Positions 7,947 through 16,656 of a stretch of DNA of 64,000 nucleotides are shown here, piece after piece (within the stretch, counting starts at the first letter, position 1; every line of letters starts with the position of its first letter). The notes below the pieces were generated by a model that saw only the letters and a list, made by a program, of their open reading frames with translations, searched no databases and was not told the origin of the DNA. The DNA is from Candidatus Micrarchaeota archaeon (lineage in GTDB: Archaea > Micrarchaeota > Micrarchaeia > Norongarragalinales > UBA8480): assembly GCA_021812145.1 (NCBI GenBank), contig JAKAOM010000001.1, positions 21,898 through 85,897 of the forward strand, given 5' to 3'. Both the position numbers and the translations under genes were made by a program.

Positions 7947-9521
7947 TTATTTTTTCTTTTTCACTGTTACTTCTTCCCCGCAGTGCGGGCAGGTGAATAT
8001 GAAGTGGTCTCCCTCTATCTTGATTTGAGGCGAGCAGTTTGTGCACATGGCCCCTCCGCAGTATGGGCAGAATACTATCCTGGTGTTTTTTGCGTGGCAG
8101 TTGGGGCAACCCATTCCGCTTTCGCTTTCTATTTTTACGAACTCGCTGCTTTTCTGCTCTTTTTGCGCTTCTGTTGGCGTTGTGCTTTCTGTTATTCCGC
8201 TTAATTGAGCGAAAAGCCCGGTTGGTTGCTGCTCTTGTTTTTTAGTTTCCAGTCCCCCCTCTCCTCCTAACACGTCATTTATGCTTAAAGTTTGTACTGG
8301 CTTTTCCTCTTTTACTTCTTTGTCCCTTCTTCTCTCTCGTTTTTCTTCTTTTTTCTCCTCTGGTTTTGGTTTTTCTTCTTTTTTCTCCTCTTTTTTGGCC
8401 GGTTCTGACGGAACGTTAGGTGTTATCTTTTGTACGTTTCCTTCTGTTTTAGTTTTTCTCAGTTCCTCGTAAACATCCTGAACAAGGGATTGAAATTCTT
8501 CTTTTCCAGCCATGTCGCTGCTCGCTATAACCTTAACCTTCTCTTTTTGTTCAGGAGTAAGCAGGTAGCGCCTGTGCTTTGGTATTTCCTTGCCTTGGGC
8601 TTCTTCCACCGTTTCTTTGACAACGTCTTTTATTATCCCCTCTATTTCAGTTTCTTCAATAGTTTTTGGTTTTTCTTGTTTTTTCTGGAATTTGAAACCG
8701 CCCTCTTGTTTTTGTTCTTGTGGTTTTTCAGTTTTTTGGAATTTGAATTCGCTTTCTGGTTTCTCCTCTTTTTTGGCCGGAATTTCTTTTTGTGTTGTTG
8801 TTTGCGGTTTTGGCTTTTCTATCCCCTTGACCTGTTTTGCTTCTTCTGTTTTTGCAGGGGCGGGTTGTGTTTTTTGTATCGCGGCTGGTTTTGGTTTTTC
8901 CGGTTGTTTTACCGGTTGAGATTGTTCCTGCTTTAACGGTACTTCTATGCTTTGTTTCAGCGGGACTTGGATGTTTTGAAAAGATTCTCCTAAAATCTCT
9001 CTTTTTACCCCTTCTATCCCTTCTTGTTGAATTTCATTTGTTTTAAGAGGTATGTTTATTTCTATATCCCTTCCAGTTATCTCTTCTTTAAGCTCTTGAA
9101 GGGTCGGAGTTTTCTGAATTTTTGTCGGCGTTACTGTTTTTTTCTTTTCTTCCTGTTTTTGCGGTTTTGGTTTTTCTTCTTTTATTGGAACTGCTATTGT
9201 CATGTATTTTGGCGTGTAGGAGTAGTAGTATTTGAAAACTATAAAGAAAAGAGTCGCGTATATTATTGTGAATATTTCAATGTAGGAGTCTATGTTTAGG
9301 AATCTGTCGACTCCGAAGAAGAAGATGTTTGTTATGTATGAAAGGAACACTATAATCAAGCCCAGCATTCCTGAAACAACGAGTTTTTTCTGCTGGTCGT
9401 ACGTTCTAACTTCGGAATAGGACACTCTGAGAACGAAGTAGCCTATTGTAATTGAGCCTACTAGAAAGAACAGGTAGTAAAATGCTATTCCTATATAGGC
9501 TGTAACGTCCATTTTTTTCAA
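7947..9521 (-). CDS. membrane protein with 4 N-terminal TM helices, long Lys/Glu/Pro-rich repeat linker and C-terminal zinc-ribbon
   Basis: 524 aa; N-terminal TMs; EKPKP/FKFQK tandem repeats; C-terminus CPNCHAKNTRIVFCPYCGG…CTNC…FTCPHCGEE (several CxxC pairs). Antisense F/L-rich ORFs rejected. Confidence 0.5.
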   Translation of the reverse strand: MKKMDVTAYIGIAFYYLFFLVGSITIGYFVLRVSYSEVRTYDQQKKLVVSGMLGLIIVFLSYITNIFFFGVDRFLNIDSYIEIFTIIYATLFFIVFKYYYSYTPKYMTIAVPIKEEKPKPQKQEEKKKTVTPTKIQKTPTLQELKEEITGRDIEINIPLKTNEIQQEGIEGVKREILGESFQNIQVPLKQSIEVPLKQEQSQPVKQPEKPKPAAIQKTQPAPAKTEEAKQVKGIEKPKPQTTTQKEIPAKKEEKPESEFKFQKTEKPQEQKQEGGFKFQKKQEKPKTIEETEIEGIIKDVVKETVEEAQGKEIPKHRRYLLTPEQKEKVKVIASSDMAGKEEFQSLVQDVYEELRKTKTEGNVQKITPNVPSEPAKKEEKKEEKPKPEEKKEEKRERRRDKEVKEEKPVQTLSINDVLGGEGGLETKKQEQQPTGLFAQLSGITESTTPTEAQKEQKSSEFVKIESESGMGCPNCHAKNTRIVFCPYCGGAMCTNCSPQIKIEGDHFIFTCPHCGEEVTVKKKK

Positions 9522-9595
9522 ATCTCTTTTGTTTGGTTTTGAGTTTATTGTTTGTTCAGGTAGGTTTTTAATTTTTCTCCTCCTTTAAGTTTTGT

Positions 9596-9826
9596 ATGGA
9601 TTTTCTTGTTCAGTTGTGGTTTACGTTCATTTTGTCTTTAGCCGTTAGCATTATTTTCTTTCCTTTTGTTTTTGTTTTCTCTTTTGTCTATGATATTGCC
9701 AGCAGGAACTCGAAAATTCCTAAAATCGTTTGGATGTTTTTGTGCGTTTTCGTGGCTGTTTTGATTGGAGTGGTTATTCTAAACGCTTATCTTAATTACA
9801 CTCTTCCCGCCGCGCTTACAGGTTGA
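9596..9826 (+). CDS. small 2-TM membrane protein
   Basis: 76-aa ORF, two hydrophobic helices, divergent from 7947..9521. Confidence 0.3.
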   Translation: MDFLVQLWFTFILSLAVSIIFFPFVFVFSFVYDIASRNSKIPKIVWMFLCVFVAVLIGVVILNAYLNYTLPAALTG

Positions 9827-9905
9827 TTTTTTTCCGCTTGTTTTTTTTTGCTTGTTTTACCTTCGGATAAGGTTTAAATATACTTACACTCCTATTCTTA
9901 TTTTG

Positions 9906-12900
9906 ATGAACTTGTTTAAGCTGCTTGTTTCGCTGGCGTTATTGTTTTCATTGGTTCAAGCTCAATGCCAGGTTAACGTGATGAATTCAAGCCAAGCTGA
10001 ACAGTTTTTAATGCTTCCAATGCTTATGCAGGCTAATCAAATCTCCTCTTCTTCAACTCCCGCGGCTTCTTCCCAGCAGGTTGTTAACGTTTTTTCTCAG
10101 AATTCAGGAGTTGTTAATTCAAGCACTGTAGCCGCTGTTTTGGGGATGACCCCGCAGCAGGTAGCCCAGCAGGCTGGCGTGCCAGTTGGTGCGGATATAA
10201 CTCTAACCCAAGCCGAGCAAATAGCCTCTACTGCTGGAAAAAGCAACTTGATTTCTCAGATTTTAGGTTTGGTTTCCAGCCAAACGCCTGTTTCACCTGC
10301 CGATGGTTTGAGCGTCACTCTGCCCAATGGTTTGAAAATGCCTTTGTCAGTTCTTAATAATTTGACTTCTATTAACTCTTCTAATTGCATGGTTAACGGA
10401 ATGTATATTAACGGTCAGGTGGAGTATCAGGGTTTGCTTACAAGCGGGGATGTTTATTACGGTTTGACTTCAAGCCCTTCAACTTCAACCGAGCAGCACC
10501 TTTCATCTTCCTCATTCACTGCAGGGGTTAATCTAGGCACTGGCGGCAGCAACATGGTTCTTCCCTACACTTATACGCGCTGGTTGATATCTTCAGGGTG
10601 GATTAATGGAGCGGATACTTTGATTAATTCTGTTGCCAGTATGGGAATGTATTCAACACTTGGGACTGCCACTCCTAAAGTAACTGCTTCAGATCTGGAG
10701 TCTTTGGCTAAGGCGAATAGCGTGCTTGAAACTACTGCAAAGTCTGCAGCGTCTGATTTGGCTTCAACATTAACTTCAATTGAAAACCCAGCTGATAAAC
10801 AAGCTTTGGATTCAATAATATATAAACTTTCAAGTGGTGCAACGCCTCTTTCTAGTGATGAACTTGCAACTCTTAATAAACTTGCAGCAAGTGATCCTGT
10901 TTTGCAGACTTCTTTATCAGATTATAATACTAAATTAAGCAGTGCGCAGCAGGTTGCCCAGCAGATGAGTGGTTCGATAAGCAAGCCCAGCACACAAGAT
11001 ATTGCCGATTACACTGCTTTAACTAAAGCCACTCTTGCAAAGGCAACATCAAGTTTTATTCTTGGCATGACTTGGCTTGGACCTGCCAGGTTCGCTTTTC
11101 AGATTAATAGCGCTTTGCTTTTTTCAAATCCTTCTAATAATGGCGATTTTTATGTTTTGCTTAAGGTTAACAGGAATACTTTAACCTCTTTGATGACGGT
11201 CAGCGATATTCTAGGTTTAGGCTATTTTGACGACACCTTATCTAAACTTTTTGGTATTGGCGTGCCCAACGCTGCCTTGACTGCTGGCGAAATGTATATC
11301 ATAAACCAGCCTTCCACCACTTCTCAAACTTCTGGATCCACCACTACTTTTAATAATAATGGTTTGGCGTGGCAGGTTCAGACTAACTGGCCTGGATCAT
11401 CCACTGTTACCAATTTTCAAAAGCTTAACCCGAGCAGTAATTTGACCACTATAGAGCTTACCACAAATTCTATCCCGCCAGGAGCGGTTATAAGCAGGCT
11501 GGATGTTTTGAAATATCAGGCTTTGGCGGTTTTGTTTGCAGTTCCATTTGTTTCTACATTGACTTTGCCTGGCGCTTTAAAGGCTGGTTTGGGCAGTACT
11601 TTCGCTGGTTTGTTGCCTGACGTGGTTATGAAAGTTATACCTTTTATTGGAATTAGCGATATTGTTTACGCTATTAACAATAATGTCTACAATAGCGTTG
11701 AACCGTGCAGTCAATCTACAATGACTGACTGGATTGTTGCTTATGGCTCTGCAACCGCTTTTTCCGACGTTTGGGCGGCAGTTCCTATTTTAAGCAGTTG
11801 GAGCAGTGTTTTTGGCAGCACTCTTAAGGGTTTTTCAACGGCTTTTACTGGATCTGGAATTTTTGGTTCCCTTGGAAGTAGCTATTTGACTTTCAGCAAG
11901 TTTCAAGGGCCTCAGTTAATGCAGATGATTGTTGGAGGTTTGGCTGCGAAGTATGCCAGCACTTGCATTGATTCCGAGTATTACGTTGCAGCGTTTCAAC
12001 CCACTCCAACTCCGAACTCGGCCGCTTTAGCTTCTGCCAACAGCGTTAACAATCTTGCCAATAATTCTGTTGTTAAGAACCTGGGTTTGGGGGGTTTGCT
12101 TCAAGGGGCGGGTCAGAATATTCAGAACGCGGCTCTAGCCAGCGAAAACACGCTGATAGTTTCCTTGACTAATCAGAATGGTTTGGTAATGCCTACGCAG
12201 CTTTACTACATCCACATGACTAACGCTGACATTCAGTGGTGGGGCAAGTTCAGCAATAAATGTTTCCATACATGCTTGTCTGATAGTGTCAGCAATATTA
12301 CTGCTTGTATCAACGGTCAGACGGGAGTGCAGGTTAAAACTCCTGCCGGGACTATCCAACTTGCAGGTTCTACAAGGGCCAAAGGGCAGCAGGAGATTGA
12401 TAAGTTTGGGTTGGATTTGATTCCCAACGCGTATATCACGACAGAGCTGACTTGCAGCGGTGTTTTCGCAACTGTTTCAAATCAGGATTTGATTTTAAGC
12501 GGCGGTTGCCCTGGAGGGGCTTGCATTCTTTCAAGCGTTAGTCAAATTGTTGGCTATCAGGTTGGGGATTTAGGCCCGGTTATGGGCAAGGTTGATACTA
12601 TTTTAACTGATAACGGAAGCATTTCATTTCCCAGCGGCTCCCCTGTCTTCAACAACGCTTCTAACGGAAGCTCAGTTTCTTTTACCACCCTTCAGATTAA
12701 CGGGAATGGAGAGGTTGTAGGAGATAACGCTAATTTAGGAACGCTTGAATCAATTAAGTTTGATAATGGAGCAATGTGGTACGATTCCAGCAACGGAGAG
12801 TTGATTATCTTCATTTACCAGCTTGCTTCAGCTTTGGCTTCTTCTTTCTCAGCCTTGAACGCTCAGGTCAGCAATTGCACTGTGGGGAATCAAACAACCC

Positions 12901-13601
12901 CCGCGATTGACTTGAGTGTTGGCGCCAATGCTGCAAACGCTCCTGCAGCTCAGCAGTTCAACACTGCCCTGAACCAGATTCAGCAGGGTTGCGGTGTGGA
13001 GCAGTGGCAAACAAATTCAACTATCTACACTCTTCACAACGTTAACGGAACTCCTACACTGACTGTAACTGACGCGCTTACAAAGACTAGCACAGACTAT
13101 CCTCTTTCAAGTCTGCAGCAGGATGGGAATAAGGTGGTTGCCACCACTGCTGATGGAAAGCAGTTTTCTTTCACTTTTGCTAACGGTCCTGCAGGACCTC
13201 AGGTTACTGTGAACACCCCTACTGGCGGCACCTCTTCTGATATTCTGACAAAGGCTACTGGTTTGGGCGGCATTCTTGCCTACGATCCTGCGACAGGCAC
13301 GTGGGAGGTTTTGAACGGGCAGGGCATTCCTATGTCTACTGGTTTCGCTGCTGGAAACACTATAACCGGAGGTGCGGGAGGCTCTGCGGTCAGCACTCCT
13401 TCCGGCGATTTACTTGGAGTAACTCCTGGCGGTTCAGCGTCCACCTTCAATGTTTTAGCAGCTCTTCCCAGCTTTGATGGGGTTTTGGTTTTTGTTTTCG
13501 CTGGAATCGCTTTCGCTTCAGGGGTTTTGATTTTCACTTTCTACTCTTCCAAACGCTCCACTTCTAAAAGTTCAGCTAAGAGGCGTCGAAGAAAGGTTTA
13601 A
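9906..13601 (+). CDS. giant secreted Ser/Thr-rich surface protein with C-terminal TM anchor and polybasic tail
   Basis: ~1230 aa from MNLFKLLVSLALLFSLVQAQC signal peptide; low-complexity S/T/N/G-rich body; C-terminus VLVFVFAGIAFASGVLIFTFYSSKRSTSKSSAKRRRRKV (TM + Arg-rich tail, sorting-signal-like). Confidence 0.6.
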   Translation: MNLFKLLVSLALLFSLVQAQCQVNVMNSSQAEQFLMLPMLMQANQISSSSTPAASSQQVVNVFSQNSGVVNSSTVAAVLGMTPQQVAQQAGVPVGADITLTQAEQIASTAGKSNLISQILGLVSSQTPVSPADGLSVTLPNGLKMPLSVLNNLTSINSSNCMVNGMYINGQVEYQGLLTSGDVYYGLTSSPSTSTEQHLSSSSFTAGVNLGTGGSNMVLPYTYTRWLISSGWINGADTLINSVASMGMYSTLGTATPKVTASDLESLAKANSVLETTAKSAASDLASTLTSIENPADKQALDSIIYKLSSGATPLSSDELATLNKLAASDPVLQTSLSDYNTKLSSAQQVAQQMSGSISKPSTQDIADYTALTKATLAKATSSFILGMTWLGPARFAFQINSALLFSNPSNNGDFYVLLKVNRNTLTSLMTVSDILGLGYFDDTLSKLFGIGVPNAALTAGEMYIINQPSTTSQTSGSTTTFNNNGLAWQVQTNWPGSSTVTNFQKLNPSSNLTTIELTTNSIPPGAVISRLDVLKYQALAVLFAVPFVSTLTLPGALKAGLGSTFAGLLPDVVMKVIPFIGISDIVYAINNNVYNSVEPCSQSTMTDWIVAYGSATAFSDVWAAVPILSSWSSVFGSTLKGFSTAFTGSGIFGSLGSSYLTFSKFQGPQLMQMIVGGLAAKYASTCIDSEYYVAAFQPTPTPNSAALASANSVNNLANNSVVKNLGLGGLLQGAGQNIQNAALASENTLIVSLTNQNGLVMPTQLYYIHMTNADIQWWGKFSNKCFHTCLSDSVSNITACINGQTGVQVKTPAGTIQLAGSTRAKGQQEIDKFGLDLIPNAYITTELTCSGVFATVSNQDLILSGGCPGGACILSSVSQIVGYQVGDLGPVMGKVDTILTDNGSISFPSGSPVFNNASNGSSVSFTTLQINGNGEVVGDNANLGTLESIKFDNGAMWYDSSNGELIIFIYQLASALASSFSALNAQVSNCTVGNQTTPAIDLSVGANAANAPAAQQFNTALNQIQQGCGVEQWQTNSTIYTLHNVNGTPTLTVTDALTKTSTDYPLSSLQQDGNKVVATTADGKQFSFTFANGPAGPQVTVNTPTGGTSSDILTKATGLGGILAYDPATGTWEVLNGQGIPMSTGFAAGNTITGGAGGSAVSTPSGDLLGVTPGGSASTFNVLAALPSFDGVLVFVFAGIAFASGVLIFTFYSSKRSTSKSSAKRRRRKV

Positions 13602-13629
13602 ATTCATTCATAATCTTAATTTTTAATTT

Positions 13630-14280
13630 ATGGACGGGTTTATGTCAAGGCTTCTTGTTTTCGGTTTTTTCGTGGTTATGGCCGGCGCTTTGGCTTCATC
13701 ACCTTCTGTTCAGCAGCAATGCCCTTCAAATCAATGGTTTTCGACTCTTTCTAACCCTCCTTCATGCCAGCCTTTAACTACAATCATTGTTTCTGATAAT
13801 CTTCCAGCTCCTGTAAACACTCAGCTTTCCACTCCTCCATCAAGCGAGGTTTCCAACGGCTATTCTTCAAATACGGCTATCGGCGGTTCTTCCACTCAGT
13901 ATGATAGTATAATACAGGACTGCGCTTCCCAGTTTAACGTGGACCCTAACCTTGTGAAGGCGGTTGTAAGGGTGGAGAGCGATTTCAACCCGAACGCGGT
14001 AAGCTCTGTTGGGGCTGAGGGTTTGATGCAGCTCATGCCTTCGACGTTTAACTCTCTTACTTCCGGCGATATTTTCGACCCTCGAACCAACGTGTGCGCT
14101 GGAACTGAATATTTGGCTCAGCAGCTTTCCACTTTCGGCGGCAACGTGGAGCTGGCTTTGGCAGCCTACAATGCTGGCCCTGGAGCGGTTATTAAATACA
14201 ACAATCAAATTCCAAATTACCCTGAAACGGTGAATTATGTAAGCAGCGTTGATTCCTACTACCACTCCTACAGCGCTTGA
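13630..14280 (+). CDS. secreted lytic transglycosylase (SLT domain, GH23-like)
   Basis: signal peptide, then LVKAVVRVESDFNPNAVSSVGAEGLMQLMPSTF…AYNAGPGAV: canonical SLT catalytic Glu-Ser block, GLMQ and AYNAG motifs. Confidence 0.7.
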   Translation: MDGFMSRLLVFGFFVVMAGALASSPSVQQQCPSNQWFSTLSNPPSCQPLTTIIVSDNLPAPVNTQLSTPPSSEVSNGYSSNTAIGGSSTQYDSIIQDCASQFNVDPNLVKAVVRVESDFNPNAVSSVGAEGLMQLMPSTFNSLTSGDIFDPRTNVCAGTEYLAQQLSTFGGNVELALAAYNAGPGAVIKYNNQIPNYPETVNYVSSVDSYYHSYSA

Positions 14281-14299
14281 ATTTCTTTTTTTTTTTAAG

Positions 14300-14373
14300 A
14301 GCCTCAGAAGGGAATTGAACCCTTGACCTCCTGTTTACAAGACAGGCGCTCTACCGACTGAGCTACTGAGGCT
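14300..14373 (-). tRNA. tRNA-Thr (anticodon TGT)
   Basis: reverse complement folds as cloverleaf: acceptor GCCTCAG/CTGAGGC, D-arm GCTC…GAGC, anticodon stem CCTGT/ACAGG with loop CTTGTAA, T-loop TTCAATT. Confidence 0.8.
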
Positions 14374-14561
14374 TTACCCTTGCTTGTTTTTTTGTTTTTA
14401 AAATGTTTTAAATCTTTGTCTTTTTTTGTTTCGCGTTTCTTTTTAAATAATTTTAATAGCTTGATTTTTGTAACTATTTTACAGTAATAAGGCAACGCTT
14501 TTATACTCGCCTTGTAATGTTTTTTAACAATTGGGTTGAATTTTAAAAAGGTGGTTTTAGA

Positions 14562-14774
14562 GTGTTAAGTGACTGCAATTATGACAAGGTTAAGCTTATT
14601 CATCATTTAAGCAAGATAGTTGGTTTTATCGACAGGCACGCTGTCGGCGACGCGGAGCGGGGAGGGCATCCTTTATGCGCTGAAGAGTACAAAGAGTTGA
14701 GGGAGGATTTGGAGAAGCATATTGGCAAGCTTAGCGCTGCTGTCAAGGGCTTGTCAAAAGAGGATAAATTTTAA
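14562..14774 (+). CDS. hypothetical small protein
   Basis: 70-aa ORF, no recognisable motif. Confidence 0.2.
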   Translation: MLSDCNYDKVKLIHHLSKIVGFIDRHAVGDAERGGHPLCAEEYKELREDLEKHIGKLSAAVKGLSKEDKF

Positions 14775-14838
14775 CCTTCTATTTTTTTCAAGCGCTTGTT
14801 GCGTTCTGTTGTTTGAAAAAGGGTTGATTCAGTATTCT

Positions 14839-15204
14839 CTAAAATAGTTTTAGTTCCTTGAATTTTTTGAAGTGTTTTGTGTTTAGAGTGTACAGCTTGG
14901 CGTTATTGTTTATTGTTATAGCTGCTATCATGCTGTCCATTCTGAGTGTCCCTTCTATTTCTGATTTTACTTCAAGTTTTGCCGATAGTTCTGCGTCTTG
15001 TTTTGTGTAGTTAAGAATAGGTATCTGGCTTATTTTCGCAGTTTGTTTGGCGTATTTTATTGCTCCGTAAATAAATTCATGCAAGTTTAGCGTTGTGGTG
15101 CAGAATTGCTCGTTGCTGGCTATGATTTTATTTAACGCTTGCTCTCCAATCTCAGAGTTTTTATCGAATATTTCTATGAGAACGTCCGTGTCTAAAACTA
15201 TCAT
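14839..15204 (-). CDS. vapC: PIN-domain toxin VapC
   Basis: MIVLDTDVLIEIF… PIN N-terminus; 4-nt overlap with upstream small gene. Confidence 0.6.
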   Translation of the reverse strand: MIVLDTDVLIEIFDKNSEIGEQALNKIIASNEQFCTTTLNLHEFIYGAIKYAKQTAKISQIPILNYTKQDAELSAKLEVKSEIEGTLRMDSMIAAITINNNAKLYTLNTKHFKKFKELKLF

Positions 15205-15410
15205 CTTTTCTCGCTTCTTTTTAGGTATATTTCTGAGAGCATTTTATCCTTGTTTTTGAATTCGACGCTGCCTCTTATTTCTTTTAATATGTCTGCTGGA
15301 TTTTTGGGTTTTATCAGTCTTTCAAAGAGGTTGCTGAAGCTTTCGTTTTTTCTTTTTACGTCCAGTAGGTCTAGGTAGACGTTTGTTTTTATTGTTATTG
15401 TTTTTGACAT
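15201..15410 (-). CDS. antitoxin (VapB-like)
   Basis: 69-aa gene overlapping the start of the PIN gene (ATGA overlap). Confidence 0.45.
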   Translation of the reverse strand: MSKTITIKTNVYLDLLDVKRKNESFSNLFERLIKPKNPADILKEIRGSVEFKNKDKMLSEIYLKRSEKR

Positions 15411-15592
15411 TTTTAAATGTATGTTTAAACATATATTTAAACATTATGTTTTGTTGGCAGTGTGATTTTATTCAATTTTATAATATTCTTGCCTAGACTT
15501 TTCATATTTTGTGTTTATTGTTGTTAAAATGCAGTGTTGTAAAACATCGTTACAGACACCTTTAAAAGCAAAGCTGATTTAAAATATGCTTT

Positions 15593-16162
15593 ATGTTCAC
15601 TATAGATTCTTTCAGGAAGTTAAAGCGCGGCCCTCAGGTTGTTTTGTTTAAGGATGCATCATTTGTCAGCTGTTTTTCTGGATTGCAAAGCGGCGACGTG
15701 GTGGTTGACGTTGGTAGCGGCAGCGGGTTTTTAGCCTCTTATCTTGGTTTTATCGTTTCTCCCGGAGGCAAGGTTTACACTTTTGAAAGGAGAGAGGAGT
15801 TTGCCAGGATTGCAAGGCAGAATTTTGAAAAGCTTGGTCTGCAGAACGTGGTTTCATTGATTGAGGGCGATGCGGTCAGGAGAAAATGGCCTGAATGTGA
15901 TTTGGTAACAATTGACGCTGGAGGAGGGGATGTTTTGCTAAAGAAGGCATTCAATGCTTTAAAGCCGGGCGGTGTCGCGGTTGGTTTTCTTCCCAACGTG
16001 GAGCAGTTGAAGGTTTTTCAGGAAAAGGGAGTTAAATTGGGTTTTAAGCCTTTCAAGAGCACTGAGGTGTTCGACAGGAACTGGCTTGTCAGGGAGCAGG
16101 GCTGCAGGCCTGAGAATACTGGTTTGATTCACAGTGTTTTCCTTTGTTTTTTAAGAAAATAG
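15593..16162 (+). CDS. trmI: tRNA (adenine57/58-N1)-methyltransferase TrmI-like
   Basis: SFVSCFSGLQSGDVVVDVGSGSGFLASYLGFIVSPGGKVYTFERREEFARIARQNFEKLGL aligns with the TrmI/Gcd14 core (DxGxGSG…G-V-ERRE-FA--A--N). Confidence 0.65.
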   Translation: MFTIDSFRKLKRGPQVVLFKDASFVSCFSGLQSGDVVVDVGSGSGFLASYLGFIVSPGGKVYTFERREEFARIARQNFEKLGLQNVVSLIEGDAVRRKWPECDLVTIDAGGGDVLLKKAFNALKPGGVAVGFLPNVEQLKVFQEKGVKLGFKPFKSTEVFDRNWLVREQGCRPENTGLIHSVFLCFLRK

Positions 16163-16166
16163 TTAA

Positions 16167-16239
16167 AGCCTCGAATGGGAATTGAACCCATGACCTCTTG
16201 CTTACCATGCAAGCGCTCTACCGGCTGAGCTATCGAGGC
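16167..16239 (-). tRNA. tRNA-Thr (anticodon GGT)
   Basis: revcomp GCCTCGATAGCTCAGCCGGTAGAGCGCTTGCATGGTAAGCAAGAGGTCATGGGTTCAATTCCCATTCGAGGC; anticodon loop ATGGTAA. Confidence 0.8.
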
Positions 16240-16388
16240 GTTTAATTTTTCAGCTTCGTTTAATTTTGTTTTTAGCTTAGTTTTTTTCTCTTAAAAAGCT
16301 TATTAAAGTTTTCTTGCGTAATTTAGGTTGAATAAACATTTTGTTTAATTCGATTTTTTAAATTTTTCAAGTAGGTGTTTTTGTTAAA

Positions 16389-16544
16389 ATGGGAAAATTT
16401 CCAATTGCCGATCATGCTTTGACTGAGATTTGGATTTGCCTTAAATGCAAGTCTAGGAACGCCAAGGGCGCAAATGTCTGCAGGAAGTGCGGCAGCAAGT
16501 ATTTAAGGCCTAAGAGAGCAAGAAAGAAAGAAACCAAAAAGTAA
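16389..16544 (+). CDS. rpl40e: 50S ribosomal protein L40e (missed by ORF track, 51 aa)
   Basis: MGKFPIADHALTEIWICLKCKSRNAKGANVCRKCGSKYLRPKRARKKETKK: C4 zinc-ribbon and RKCG…LRPK signature of L40e. Confidence 0.7.
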   Translation: MGKFPIADHALTEIWICLKCKSRNAKGANVCRKCGSKYLRPKRARKKETKK

Positions 16545-16656
16545 GAAGCCTTTTTTTTTGGCTTTTTCTTTTGTTTTTTTTCACAAAGCTTTCAAAGCAT
16601 TTAAAAATTATTGTTTTTTAATTACTTCTAGTTTTGACCTTGCTAGCCTTTTTTTT

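Noticed and set aside
8280-8950. Short nucleotide tandem repeats (…ttttttctcctc…, …ggaatttgaa(a/t)(c/t)cgc…)
   Set aside because: Considered CRISPR or minisatellite; repeats are imperfect, lack uniform spacers and lie in frame inside a coding KPKP/FKFQK protein repeat region
8039-9299. Series of plus-strand ORFs (68-168 aa) rich in F/L/S/C
   Set aside because: Antisense of the KE-rich repeat protein 7947..9521; compositionally degenerate, no motifs, whereas the minus frame carries TM helices and a zinc-ribbon
14304-14495. 63-aa minus ORF overlapping tRNA-Thr
   Set aside because: Overlaps a well-folded tRNA; poly-Lys translation of A-rich spacer
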